Positions 1 to 12,324 of a stretch of 64,000 nt of DNA are shown piece after piece. This DNA comes from Stegostoma tigrinum (lineage: Eukaryota): contig NC_081360.1 in the NCBI RefSeq assembly GCF_030684315.1, forward strand, positions 27,759,818 through 27,823,817. Direction: 5' to 3'. The number at the start of each line of letters is the position of its first letter. Position 1 is the stretch's first letter. The notes below the pieces were generated by a model. The model was not told the origin of the DNA and ran no database searches. It saw only the letters and a list, made by a program, of their open reading frames with translations. The position numbers were made by a program, and so were the translations under genes.

Positions 1-1756
1 ATCTGTAATTGTTTTAACAATTTTGGAAATTCTAGGAACTTGCAACAATTGTAACTATATCAATTATTATTTTCTTCAATCACAAGAAATACTGCTCCAT
101 ATAACCAGGTGACCAGGACCAACAGGAAATTAAAATGTAAGAACCATACAGCCAGACACAGAAGAACTGCTGTTAAAAAAAGAACAGTAGAGCTCAATGA
201 AGAAGCCAATCAGCACACACGTCATCACAAAAAGAAAGCAGACAAATTCTTGTGAGGAGAAGAAGTAAGTTTCTCTCAGAAAGAGATCAAATTTGAATTT
301 TTCTCAGAAAAGGGAAAGGGAGCTTTTAGAGACAATGCATGCGCAGGTTTAAATTATGTTCAACCTGGAACAGCTCAGAAACGCTAAAGAGCTAGGTGTT
401 ACCATGGCAGTGACCAAACTGTGAATTGGGGTCACATTGCTGGTAAGTTAGTTCGAAAGGAACCCTGGAAAGTATAATCGTTGGGACTGCCAAATTCTTA
501 CCTTGCTGATGACAATCAAATCCAAGAAACCTGGTGATGATGTCTATTGTTGGATATTGCCTTTTTTTATGAAGTATCATTTGCTTGTTAATTCTTGCTT
601 GACCTATGTTTATTCTTAGTCATGTTAAAGTCAAACTTAGAAAAGGTTTTGGTGATTCCTCCTGTTGGGGGTAATTCAATAAATTTAATTATTTGGGTCT
701 TTGGTTCCCCTATGGAGATGTTTAAGTGAAACTGTGTATTCTATGAAAGGTAATCATCTCACTTTTTCCAAGTTATTTCTCTGAAAGTTTTGGCCTCAAG
801 GTCGAACAATAATCAGCCATTTTCCATGAGGGGATTTCTCTCTGCTTATTGTGTTGCTGTACACCATTATCTTTCCTCCATTTGTCCAGTTTCTGATGTT
901 TTCCATCCATCCAGTCAACTTTTTTTGTCTGAGCCAGCTGTTTCCTAAAGTTTTATTTTCTATTTGTAAAACCTCTTCATTTAGTCTAAATGTTTTGACC
1001 CAGATATAAACAGTGCAGTTCAGCTTGGATACCATTCCACTTATCTTGGTATACCTTTACAACTACATTACTATTTAACGATAGTAAAGATTCACAATGA
1101 CACTGGCTGCTGACAAATCCCATGAACCAGGACTGTATCACACGGCCATCCATCAACAGATTTCCTGACATGTCTTTAGAGCATTTGGCAAAACTGTTCT
1201 ATCCACCTTCTGTGCATTGTTTTTGATATCTTTTTGTATATCTTTTCCTAGTGATGACAGTGTTCCATTTAAGGTTTTCATCTATTTGCAGCCAAGCTAA
1301 TTGGTATCTAATAGCATCATTGTCCTGTTAGAAGTCTTTACCAGATGTACTTTCCCTGGCCTTTCTTTTCAGGGTTATGCTTGAAGAAACACAGGCGGCT
1401 GTCTGGAATGTTACCTCTAATCTCCAACGTTTGAGTGGAGAAGGCATATTTATAGTTACAGAAACAACGGGGCACCGTTCCCTGATAGTTTCAACCCAGC
1501 TTAAAATTACTTTACGGGCTTTTAGCAAAAATGCGCAGCTTGCCAGTACCTTCCATTCCTGCCTTCTAATCCTCATGTTCATTATTCAATTCCTCAGTCA
1601 GGGCACTGAGTTCTTCTTCAATGTTCCAGCCTATTACTGTAAGACTAGACCAGAACACAGGACTTTATCAAAGCCAGTTTAATTCAGTTAACAGAGGAAA
1701 ATAAAAGCAAGGTCACATGATTCAAAGTGATTCAAATGACACAAGAGTAAATAATA

Positions 1757-1885
1757 NNNNNNNNNNNNNNNNNNNNNNNNNNNNNNNNNNNNNNNNNNNN
1801 NNNNNNNNNNNNNNNNNNNNNNNNNNNNNNNNNNNNNNNNNNNNNNNNNNNNNNNNNNNNNNNNNNNNNNNNNNNNNNNNNNNNN
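1757..1885. other. assembly gap
   Basis: run of N. Confidence 1.
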
Positions 1886-2934
1886 GGTTGGGGGGTGTGT
1901 ATGCATCTGTGTGTATGTGTTTTTACATTGCCCTACATATTGTCACCGGTATAAGATGTTTACCCTATTGCCCATGGATAAATATAGCTAAAAATTTCTT
2001 CTGATTCTATCACTGCTTTTGACATCTTAACTTTCTATTGTTGTCTTACACGTTCCTATCTTTGTATTTTGTTGTTTCTAATGTTAAAATCAAATCCAGC
2101 CAATACATTTGTACACAGGGTATTGTTAAGACTTCACGAAACACATATGGTCTGATTGTTGTGTCAATAACCATCACTCATAAGATCAATATCAGCAGAT
2201 TGATGCCAACCGTGATATCATAACGTAGCACATTCTGGGTCTAGATGATTGAACAAAGTGGGAAATAAATCCCCTTAGAATTATGTATCAACTAGCAATC
2301 AACATGGCCATATCTAAAGTTAGATTCCCTGGATATCCACAGCTTCATCTTCATCATTCTGCGAGTAGGTGATTACACCAAACAGATCTGGGAGTGTCAG
2401 GAGATAGGACTGTTCCAGGCTACATTTCCAACAACCATTGAAGTGGCATGAAGGCAAATGGAAAACAATCAATACACATCAAATGTCTTCGAAGTGTTTA
2501 ACTACAATCAACATGCATTTTGAAAAATTAGTTAATTTTTCAGGATTGAATTATTGGAATAGCAAAATACAGCACATTGAGGCACTTCTGCCCAATATAT
2601 ATAAATATCAAGCTATGTGATGCAGTGAAACATTCAGTTAGTAAATCAACTGTAAATTCAAAATGGGAAAGGAGATGCTAACTCTGTGTTTTTGCATTTC
2701 ATTTCATTTCTTCCTTGAGAATCACCTTGCTTGAGAAATTATTAACTTGCTGTAATATATCTTTTCCACAGATCATCTTTTACGAGGACAGGAACTTCCA
2801 GGGTCGGCACTATGAGTGCAGCAGTGACTGTGCCGACCTGTCCCCTTACTTCAGCTGCTGTAACTCCACCTGTGTTGAGAGTGACTGGTGGGTGCTGTAT
2901 GAGAAACCCAATTACATGGGATACTAGTTGTAGC

Positions 2935-4676
2935 TGTGTAATCCCCCAGTTTAGGACAAAGACTCAGGAGGCAGGCAGGCATGTGGCAGACTTTATTCCT
3001 ATTCAAGCAACAACCGGCTAATGCAGAGAGAGGGTTAAAGATCTTCCCTGGATCTGGCCTCAATGTAAGAATGCAATCATTGTCTTAACTTCGGGCCAGA
3101 TTGGAAGAGAGATTAATGGTACTCTGGTTTTTACAGGAAATACAGCATTTTTATACATTTTGTGTTACAATAATCACGCACAACGTGATCACTGTGTCCT
3201 TCCCCGTTATTCCACGTATCCAATCCTGTGAAACACCTAATTTCTATGGACAGCCCCAGGTACCCATGATCTCATGGTGTTTAACAGACATTGTAATCTC
3301 CAGGTCTTGAGATCTTTCTATGCATCCTATTAATTTTCAACCTAATGTTACTGGTTATACTTCTTTGGACATGTTCCAGACGTGCTTACCTCTAAGGACT
3401 GCTTAAATTTTGTTAGCCCTTGTATTCCTTTTCTATCTCTATCAAATTCTGTTATTCTTCTTATATTTTCCAATCTCCCAATTCCTACAGCATCGAAACA
3501 GGCCCTTCAGCCCAACAAGTCCACACCGCCTCTCGGAGCAGCCTGCCCAGACCCACCTCCCTTTCACCCACCGAAGCTACACATCCCTTAACACTATGGG
3601 CAATTTAGCATTAGCCAACCCACCTAACCTGCACATCTTTGGACTGTGGGAGGAAACCTGCACAGACGTGGGGAGAATATGCAAACTCCACATGTTCAGT
3701 CACCCGAGGGTGGAATCGAACCCAGGGCCCTGGCACTGTAAAGCGGCAGTGCTAGCCGCTGAGCCACCGCACCAACTTGATGTCTACACAACTTGGCTTT
3801 CCTTAAATAAAAAACCCATTCCACTCTATCTGATAAGTCACAATACATTTTTATTTAGGATTTATAAATCGGGATTTGAGAGAGCTTTTCCTAGTGATTC
3901 CAATCGCTTTGCCATGAAAACTGCAAAGCCCTGAATGTACAGGTTATATTTGTAAAAAATGCAAAAGACAGTTGGTTGCAACCAACTCCTGTAAGATTTG
4001 TAGTATTGATTCCTATTATAAAGTTAGCTGTATCGAAAGTTTTACAGCTACTCTAAATGTCAGCACTCTTTAATAAGTTGCAAACAATCTATCTCATACG
4101 GGATGTGTCAGGCATTTTAGAGATGAGCAAAGCGTTTTCTGAGACTAACTTTCACATCTATGTTTGAATGCGTTCTCCTAGTACTTCTATTACATTTTGG
4201 TTATATATGTGCATCTATATTTGCATTGAAATTTATCTCTGTGATCGTCTGAAGAATCTTTCGCAAGAACCTATTTCTTAATACTGTGGAATAACTTCAA
4301 AGAAACAACTGATGGCTACAAAATAACTTTAGCTATTGTTTTCATGGCCGCACAATGAGGTAGGCTGACTGTCTTATAAAATGAGATTTACACTCCTTGT
4401 TCTATCTGCCACTGATCGCCTAACGGGACAACTTGCTTTCATTAATAAGGCTGGAATCAATCACTTTTCGTAGTTTAATGAACTGAGGTCGAATCTTAGA
4501 CATTCTCTTATCGAGCTGTCATTGATAGCTGTTTGTGTAGGGCCTCCAGTTCACCTTGGAGAAGCCCTTGTTCAATGGTACCATTGTGCTTCACTTAAAT
4601 GCTGGAGCAGGCATTAAATTCTGTTTATGCCTTGTCGGCCAATTTGTGTCTTTCAAACATGTTCACCCCTTACACA
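2935..4676. mobile_element. unclassified insertion (solo-LTR-like) inside crystallin exon 2
   Basis: Separates the two halves of exon 2; bounded by TGTGTAA...TTACACA (TG..CA inverted ends); contains a nested SINE; no clear TSD. Confidence 0.6.
3488..3772 (-). mobile_element. tRNA-derived V-SINE (HE1-like)
   Basis: Reverse strand has A box TGGCTCAGCGG and B box GGTTCGATTCC, the V-type core and a CR1-like tail; homologous to 7480-7803. Confidence 0.85.
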
Positions 4677-5459
4677 AGAATGTTCTGACCAGGGGAGAAA
4701 ACCCCAACTACCAGCACTGAATGGGATTCAATGACTGTGTCAGGTCATGTCACTCTTACCCACATGTAAGTTACTTTTGCTGATTTGTATATTTCACTGC
4801 ACGGAGGACTGGAAAATAATAACTTGTGGGTCAATAAAGTTTATTGGTATCAACCATAAGCTATTTTCATGAGTACTAAAGTTTTGTTATGCTCAACCCA
4901 GAAAGAGGTATGTTGTGGGAGGTTATTCAATTCAATGGGAGAGTGGATAATGCCAGTTAACCACTATTTAATGGCCTCTTCCAACTGCCACTGTTGAAAT
5001 ACATCGCCATGTGCTGCCTTCCTTGTAGACTCAGTCGGCATCCTTCCAGCTCACAGTCAACATGAGGTCTATTTAAGGTTCACTAGCCTTAAGTTCTTCA
5101 CTGCTGGCATTCCATACTTCCACCCTTGTAATTCATCTTTACCCCACATGGCGTGCCTGGCTGCTCTTGGCAATTTTTGGACACATTTTCCTCTCTGAGC
5201 CTTTTTAACGTCTACTCGTCTGCCCGTGGCCATCACAGCAGTGGCTACTGTCAGTGGGACACTTTGCCTCAGAAGAACAGAAGCTATCTGTTAACAAGAG
5301 AAGCTGTTCAGGACTGAATTAACGTGTGATTTCTATAGCCAGTGAAAGTGGACTTGCCTCTGCTTCTTGGGCCAGTAAATGGGGTACCACCTCCACTTAA
5401 AAGCCAAGGATTTGTAAGTGGTATATCTCTTCCTGTTGTTATATTTATAGCAGCAATAA

Positions 5460-6730
5460 AGATTCCGGGCAAATGTGAGGCGATGTATTTTGGAAGGTCA
5501 ACTGCAGGTGGAAATTGAACAGTGAATAACAGAAACATTAGGAGTATTGATAAGCAGGTGGATCTGGGTGTGCAGGTCCACAGATCACTGAGGGTGGCAG
5601 CGCAGGTAAATAAGGTAGCAAAAAAGACATACTTGCCTTCATTGGTGGGGCACTGAGTATAAAGTTGACAGGTGAAGCTCTGCAAGGGTCAGTATAAAGT
5701 TGACAGGTGAAGTATAAAGTTGACAGTATAAAGTTGACAGGTGAAGTTCTGCAAGGGTCGGTATTGGGACCATAACTTTTCACTTTGTGTATTAATGATC
5801 TAGATGAAGGAACTGTGGGCATTCTGGCTAAGTTTGCAGATGATACAGATAGGTGGAGGGACAGGTAGTATTGAGAAGTTGGCAAGGCTGCTGAAGGACT
5901 TTTCAGGTTGGCAGACTAGGCAAAGAAGTGGCAGATAGAGTATAATGTGGGAATGTGTGAGGTCATGCACTTTGGTAAGAAAAATAAAAGCATAGACTAT
6001 TTTCTAAATAGGGAGAAAATTCAGAAGTTTGAACTGCAAAGAGACTTGGGAGTTCTAGTCCAGATTTGTCTCAAGGTAAACTTATAGGTTGAGTTAGTAG
6101 TCAGGAAGGCAAATGCAATGTTGGCATTTATTTGAGAGGTCTTGAATATAAAAGCAGGGATGTGCTCCTGAGGCTTTATATGGCACTGGTCAGGCCACAT
6201 TTGGAGTATTGTGGCAGTTTTTGACTCCATATCTCAGGAAGGATGTACTGGCCCTGCAGCAGGTTCAGAGGAGGTTCACAAGAAATGCCCCTGGAATGAA
6301 AAACTTAACATATGAGGAACGTTTGAGGACTCTGGGACTACATCTAATCGAAACTTTCAGAATATTGAATGGCCTGGACAAAGTGGATCTTGGGAAGATG
6401 CTTTCATTGGTAGGAGAGTCTGGGACCTGAGGGCACAGCCTTAGAGTAAATAGACAACATCTTAGAACGGAGATAAGGAGAAACTACTTCAACCAGAGAG
6501 CGGTGAATCTATGGAATTCACTGCCACAGAAGGCTGCGGAGGCCAGGTCATTGAGTACATTAAGGACTGAGATAGGTAAGCTCTTGATTATCAAGGGGAT
6601 CAAAGATTACCGAGAGAAAGCAGAATGGTAGGGTTGAGGAACTTATCAGCCATGATTGAATGGCAGAATCAGTGGGCCAAATAGCCTAATTTCTGCTCCT
6701 ATGTCTTATTGTCTTATGGTCTTATGATCT
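5460..6730 (+). mobile_element. degenerate CR1-clade LINE 3' fragments
   Basis: RT and C-terminal motifs (INDLDEG, KFADDT, PYLRKDVLAL..VQRRFTR) with stops; tail of (TCTTATGG)-like repeats at 6703-6735. Confidence 0.85.
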
Positions 6731-6851
6731 TATGCTGCAGCTTTATAGAACTCTAGTTAGGCCACACTTGGAATATGGCATACACTTCTGGTCACCACTC
6801 TGACAGAAAGATTTGGATGCTTTGGAGAGGGTACAGAAAAGGTTTACCAGG

Positions 6852-7224
6852 TTAATAAAATGTGAGGCTGGATGAACACAGCAGGCCAAGCAGCATCTCA
6901 AGAGCACAAAAGCTTTTGTGCTCCTGAGATGCTGCTTGGCCTGCTGTGTTCATCCAGCCTCACATTTTATTATCTTGGAAGCTTTTGTGCTCCTGAGATG
7001 CTGCTTGGCCTGCTGTGTTCATCCAGCCTCACATTTTATTATCTTGGAAGCTTTTGTGCTCCTGAGATGTTGCTTGGCCTCCTGTGTTCATCCAGCCTCA
7101 CATTTTATTATCTTGGAAGCTTTTGTGCTCCTGAGATGCTGCTTGGCCTGCTGTGTTCATCCAGCCTCACATTTTATTATCTTCGAATTCTCTAGCATCT
7201 GCAGTTCCCATTATCTCTGATACT
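6852..7224. repeat. Penelope-terminus-derived element: one inverted arm plus 4 x 69-bp tandem units
   Basis: Units start at 6910, 6979, 7048, 7117; hairpin centred on CACAAAAGCTTTTGTG; flanked by AGGTTTACCAGGTT at 6840-6853 and 7225-7238. Confidence 0.9.
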
Positions 7225-7289
7225 AGGTTTACCAGGTTGTTGCCTGGTTTGAGGGAATTTAGCTATAAAGGACAGTTGGATATATTGGG

Positions 7290-7478
7290 ATATCAAGGTG
7301 TAGAGCTGGCTGAACACAGCAGGTCAAGCAACATCAGAGGAGCAAGAAAACTGATGTTTCGGGTTTAGACCCTTCTTCAGAAATTCCGTCCCTGCAGATG
7401 GGTTGAGACCCAAAACTCTGTTTTCCTGCTCCTCTGATGCTGCTTGGCCCATTGTGTTCATCCAGCTCTATACCTTGC
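7290..7478. mobile_element. short inverted-repeat element derived from a Penelope terminal repeat, with hammerhead core on the - strand (7351-7380)
   Basis: Arms CAAGGTGTAGAGCTGG.TGAACACA / TGTGTTCATCCAGCTCTATACCTTG; reverse strand reads CTGAAGA-AGGG-TCTAAA-CCC-GAAAC-ATC. Confidence 0.8.
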
Positions 7479-7479
7479 T

Positions 7480-7803
7480 AGGTGGCACGGTGGCTCAGTG
7501 GTTAGCACTGCAGCCTCACAGCAGCAGGAACTTGGGTTCGATGCCAGCCTCAGGTGACTGTCTGTGTGGAGTTTGCACGTTCTCCCCGTGTCTGCATGGG
7601 TTTCCTCTGGGTGCTCCGGTTTCCTCCCATAGTCCAAAGATGTGCAGGCTATGTGGATCGGCCATGCTGAATTGCCCGTAGTGTTCAGCGTTGTGTGGGT
7701 TATACTGGAATGGGTCAGGGCGAGATGCTCCAATGGTCAGTGTGGACTTGTTGGGCCAAAGGGCCTGTTTCTGCACTGTAGGGATTCTAATTCTAATTCT
7801 AAT
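7480..7803 (+). mobile_element. tRNA-derived V-SINE (HE1-like), full length
   Basis: GGTGGCTCAGTGG A box, GGTTCGATGCC B box, core TGTGTGGAGTTTGCACGTTCTCCCCGTGTCTGC, (ATTCTA)n tail. Confidence 0.88.
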
Positions 7804-8099
7804 GATTTATATCTGAAAGGCTAAAGGTTAGATATAAAATTTGCAATATAAAAATATCACTTACCAAGAGACTTGGACTTCAGACAGCTTCTCTTTGATG
7901 CCATTGCTCTCATCTATATTACAGCTTTAAAAATAATTAACAAGAAAGAAATATCACACTCTTAATGTAGAATTTTTAAATTATAATCCTGAAAATCTGC
8001 CATCTGAATGCAAGGAAATAAAAATGATCCTCATTTGGTTGTTGCAAATATTTCTTTGCCTTCCTTTAACAATTTTCTCTTTTAATTTCTTGGTATTTT

Positions 8100-10190
8100 C
8101 CACTTATTCTTCGGATTTGGGTGTTGCTGGCTGGCCAGCATTTATTGCCCATCCTTGTTGCTCTTCAGAAGGTAATGGTGAGCTGCCTTCTTGAACTGCT
8201 GCAGTCCATTTGCTGTGGGTTCATGGACAATGCCATAAGGGAGGGAATTCCAGGATTTTGCCCTAGCGACAGTGAAGGAACGACAATATATTTCCAAGTC
8301 ACAGCAGTGGTTTGGAGGCGAACTTGAAGATTCTGGTGTTCCCATATATCTGCTACCCTTGTTCCTCAATATAGAAGTGGTCATGGGTTTAGCAGGTGCT
8401 ATCTCAGTGTCTTTGGTGAATTTCTGCAGTGCACCTTGCAGATAGTACACACTGCTGCTACTGAGCATTGGTGATATAGGGAGTGGCTGTTTCTGGATGT
8501 GGTGCCTCTCAAGCGGGCTGCTTTGTCCTGTTTGGTGTTAGTCCTCTTGAGTGTTGTTGAAAATGCATTCATCAGGCAAATGAAGCATATTCTATCATAC
8601 TTGTGCTTCATAGATGATAGGCAGGCTTTCGTGGAGTCAGGTGATGGGTTACTCACCGCAGTATTCCTAGCCTCCGACCTGCTGTTATAGACACTGTGTT
8701 TATGTGGTGAGTCCAGTTGAGTTTCTGCTCAGTGGTAACCCTGAAGCTGTTGCTAGTGTAGGATACACTGATGGTAACACCATTGAATGTCAAGAGATAA
8801 TGGTTAGATTATCTCTAATTGGAGATGGTCATTTCCTAGCATTCATGTGGTGCAAATGTTACTTGCCACTTGTCAGCCCAAGCCTGGATGTTGTCCAGAT
8901 CTTGTTACAATTGAACGTGACTGCTCCAGTATCTGAGGACTCATGAGTGGTTGCTGGACATTGGACAATCATTGGAGAACACCCCCACTTCTGGCTTTAT
9001 GATGGAGGGAAGGTCTTTGATGAAGCAGCTGAAGATGGTTGGGTCTAGGACACTACCATGAGAAACTCCTGCAGTAATGTCCTGGAGCTGGGATGATTGA
9101 CCTCCAACAAACATGACCATCTTCCTATGTGCCAAGTATGACTCCAACCAGCAGGGAATTTGCCAACTGGTCCCTATTGATTCCAGCTGTCCATGGGCTC
9201 CTTGATATCATATTAAGTCGAATGCAGCATTGATAACAGCAGCTGTCACTTTCACCTCACCTCTGGAATTCAGCTCTTCCGTCCATGTTTGAACCAAGGC
9301 TGTCATGAGGTCAGGAGCTGAATGGCCCTGGTGGAACTCAAACTAGGCGTCACTGAGCAGGTTATTGCTGAGCAGGTGCTGCTTGATAGCGCTGTTGATA
9401 ACACCTTCCATCACTTTACTGATGACTGAGAACAGACTGATGGGGCAGAAATTGACTGGGTTGGATTTGTCCTGCTTTTTGCATGCAGCACGTACCTGGG
9501 CAATTTTCCACATTGAAGGATAGATACCTTTGTTGTAACTGTACTGGAAGAGATTGGCTCAGGGAGCAGCAAGATCTGGAGTAAAAGCCTTCAGCACTGT
9601 TTCAAATATACTGCCAGGGCCTTTGAATTACCCAATGCTTCCAATAATTTCTTGATATCAAGTGTGTGAATCAAATTGGCTGAAGACTGGCATCTGTAAC
9701 CCTGGGGACCACTGGAGGAGGCCGGGATGGATCATCCACTGGATACTTCTTGCTGAAGATTACTGTGACTGCTTCGACCTTACCTTTTGCACTGATGTGC
9801 TGGGCTCTTTCATCCTTGAGGATGGGGGTATTTGTGGAGCCTCCTCCTACTTTAAGCTATTTCATTGTCCACCACCATTCGCAACTGGATGTGGCAGGAC
9901 TGGAGAGCTTAGATCTGAACTGTTAGTTGTGGGATCATTTAGGTCCGTCTATCACTTGCTGCAAATGCTGTTTGGCATGCAAAAAGCTCTGATGAGAACC
10001 TTAACCAAACTGATATTTCATTTTTATGTATGTGTGGTGCTGCACCTTGATATGCCCTCCCGTACTCTCTATTAAACCAGGGTTGATGACCTAATTCGAT
10101 AGTAATGATTGAGTGGTGGAGATGCCGGGCCATGAGGTTGCAGATTGTGCTGGAGTACAATTTACTGCTGTTGATGGCCCACAGTGCCTC
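8100..10190 (-). mobile_element. degenerate LINE (CR1/L2 group), ORF2 RT and 3' UTR
   Basis: Reverse ORF AGVSHGSVLDPTIFSCFIKDLP...GVFSNDC (decayed GVPQGSVLGP...FADD); 3' end GGATGGGCAATAAATGCTGGCC. Confidence 0.85.
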
Positions 10191-11067
10191 CTTATTTGCA
10201 AATGAAACCTGCCTCAGTGAAAGTTGTCTTTCTCTTTTCTAATAAATATTAAATAGAATCTGCTTCTTCTGACCCAGAGGCTGACATCAAGGTATGGAGG
10301 ATTGTTAATTTCATCGAAGTGTTCTACTTCTTTCTATTGCAGTACCAAGGGGCTCTTACAGAATGAGATTCACAAGGGGCCCAACTTTGGAGAACGGATG
10401 ATGGAATTCATGGATGACTGTCGATCTGTCTACAATTGTTTCGATTAGCAGGACATCCACTCCTGTCATGTGATGGACGGTTACTGGATTTAAATGAACA
10501 TCCCAACTACAGAGGGCGACAGTACTTCATGAACACAGTGACTGGGGAGGCTACAGCTCAACTACTGGATCTTTCGGACTCGTGTGAGATTTCTGGATTG
10601 TTGTTGTAAAATATATTTTTCTTTGTAGAAATATTCATGAGAATAATAAAGTAATCTCTACTAATCTACCATGTTGTGTTTTTATCTTTGAATTCTGATG
10701 AAAATAGCACTGTTAGCAATGATATCCCAAGTTCACAGGCAGAATATTTCACCGCTTGGTCTCAGCTCTCATTCATGCAGAATAGTGGAAGTGATCAAAT
10801 AAATTCCACTGTGCAAGTTTGATGTACATAACCGCTGAAAACAAAAATGAACTTGTAAATTACCGTGAATAGGGATCTCATAAAAGTAACAGACGTCAAC
10901 GATGATCAATGCTTAATTTTTATCTTTGATGAAAGCTGACATAAAAAATTAAAGTAAAAATATAAAAAATACCATTATGCACACAGGTCTAAAAGAATGT
11001 ATCTTTTTAACACGTGGAAAATATCCAAAGATCTGTCAGCTACCACATTTCTGCTTTCGAGCACTTA

Positions 11068-11420
11068 TAGAACAAGAAACAAAGAAAATTACAGCAAAGG
11101 AACAGGCCCTTTGGCCCTCCAAGCCTGCCCCGATCCAGATCCTCTAAGCCTGTCAGCTATTTTCCAAGGATCTGTACCTTTTTGCTCCCAGCCCATTCAT
11201 GTATCTGCCTAGATACATCTTAGGTGACGCTATCGTGCCCACCTCTACCACCTCCACTGGTAATGCATTCCAGGCACTCACCACCCTCTGAGTAAAGAAT
11301 TTTCCATGCATATCTCCCTTAAACTTTTCCCCTCTCACCTTGAAATCGTGGCCTCTAGTAATTGAGTCCGCCACTCTGGCTAAAATCTTCTTGCTCCTTA
11401 CCCTGTCTATACCGCTCATG
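11068..11420 (-). mobile_element. CR1 LINE 3' fragment
   Basis: TRGHDFKVRGEKFKGD...FFTQRVVSAWNALP on the reverse strand. Confidence 0.85.
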
Positions 11421-11924
11421 GAGAGTAGGAGAATGTAGGAGTATTTACAAACGTGCTGTAATTTCAAACTGCAAAGGCTTAAACAGTTTTTCCAAAACAA
11501 GAACAAAACAACATTGTCTAAATGACAAATTACTTTTTATACATTTGCTGCAGGCTATTATAATCTATGATATTTATAACAAAGCTCTGTTTAAAACATG
11601 GACAAATCATATGCGGGGATTGTAGTCGAAGTTACACTAAATATGGAAATGCAATTTTAAATTTAAGAATTGTGAGCAATAAGATACTGAGTGTATATTA
11701 ACCACGAGCAGAAGCATTTGTACAAATTGAAGTAGAGGAAAGGAGAGCAAGGCAGGCAAGCTTAAGTCTATTGTGCAATCAATCTTCAACCAAAAAATTG
11801 AAAAGTAGTTGGAAAATAAAGTATGACAAAATGTGTTGCAAAAAATAAAAACACAAAACAAATTGCCATAAAATAGTAGAAGGAATAAAAACAAGACATG
11901 AAGCCGAATAAGGTGCCACAATTA

Positions 11925-12258
11925 AGAGAGGCAATGGCTCAGCTAATGTTCTGGGGAGCAGTGTGTGAATCCTGCCATTGGAGATGTTGCAGTTTGAATT
12001 CAATGAAGTAAAACATCTGGAATTAAGAATTGACTGATGAGCATGAAACCATTGTCAGGAAAAAACCCAACTAGCTGAGTAATGTCATTTGGGGAACAGA
12101 ATATGCCATACTCACTTGGTCTGACTTCCATGAGACTCCAGATGCACATTAATATATTTGACTCTCAAATGCCCTCTGAAATAGCCTGGCAAGCCATTCA
12201 GTTCAATAAGTGCTGCCAAGCCAGTGACACTCATATCCCATGAGTGAATAGAAAACAA
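11925..12258 (+). mobile_element. tRNA-derived SINE, second family (decayed)
   Basis: Homologous to 45509-45826 (CATGAAACCATTGTC, AAAACCCA.CT.G, CAATAA.TGCTG tail). Confidence 0.75.
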
Positions 12259-12324
12259 AATGTTGATGTAACACATCAAGGTAGAAAATCAAGTTTTGAA
12301 CAAAAACAAAACAGTTATGTGTAG

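Larger units (their letters stand above)
2663..10596 (+). pseudogene. gamma-crystallin pseudogene 1 (exon 1 2663-2671; exon 2 split 2772-2928 and 4680-4765; exon 3 about 10343-10596)
   Basis: TATAAA at 2600, ATGGGAAAG followed by GA instead of GT; exon 2 [20 protein letters not shown]... has TAG at 2925, is interrupted by about 1.75 kb and has TGA at 4718; exon 3 has frameshifts, stops and a deletion of about 20 nt; AATAAA at 10645. Confidence 0.92.

Noticed and set aside
392-1682. Short ORFs at the window start
   Set aside because: No recognisable protein motif; may be decayed repeat DNA but I cannot assign it
6872-7220. ORFs with 23-aa repeats; superficially CRISPR-like array
   Set aside because: Translation of a 69-bp tandem repeat of an element arm; no unique spacers, eukaryotic context
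7480-7550. tRNA gene-like A and B boxes
   Set aside because: Head of a SINE; continues into SINE core and tail, no full cloverleaf
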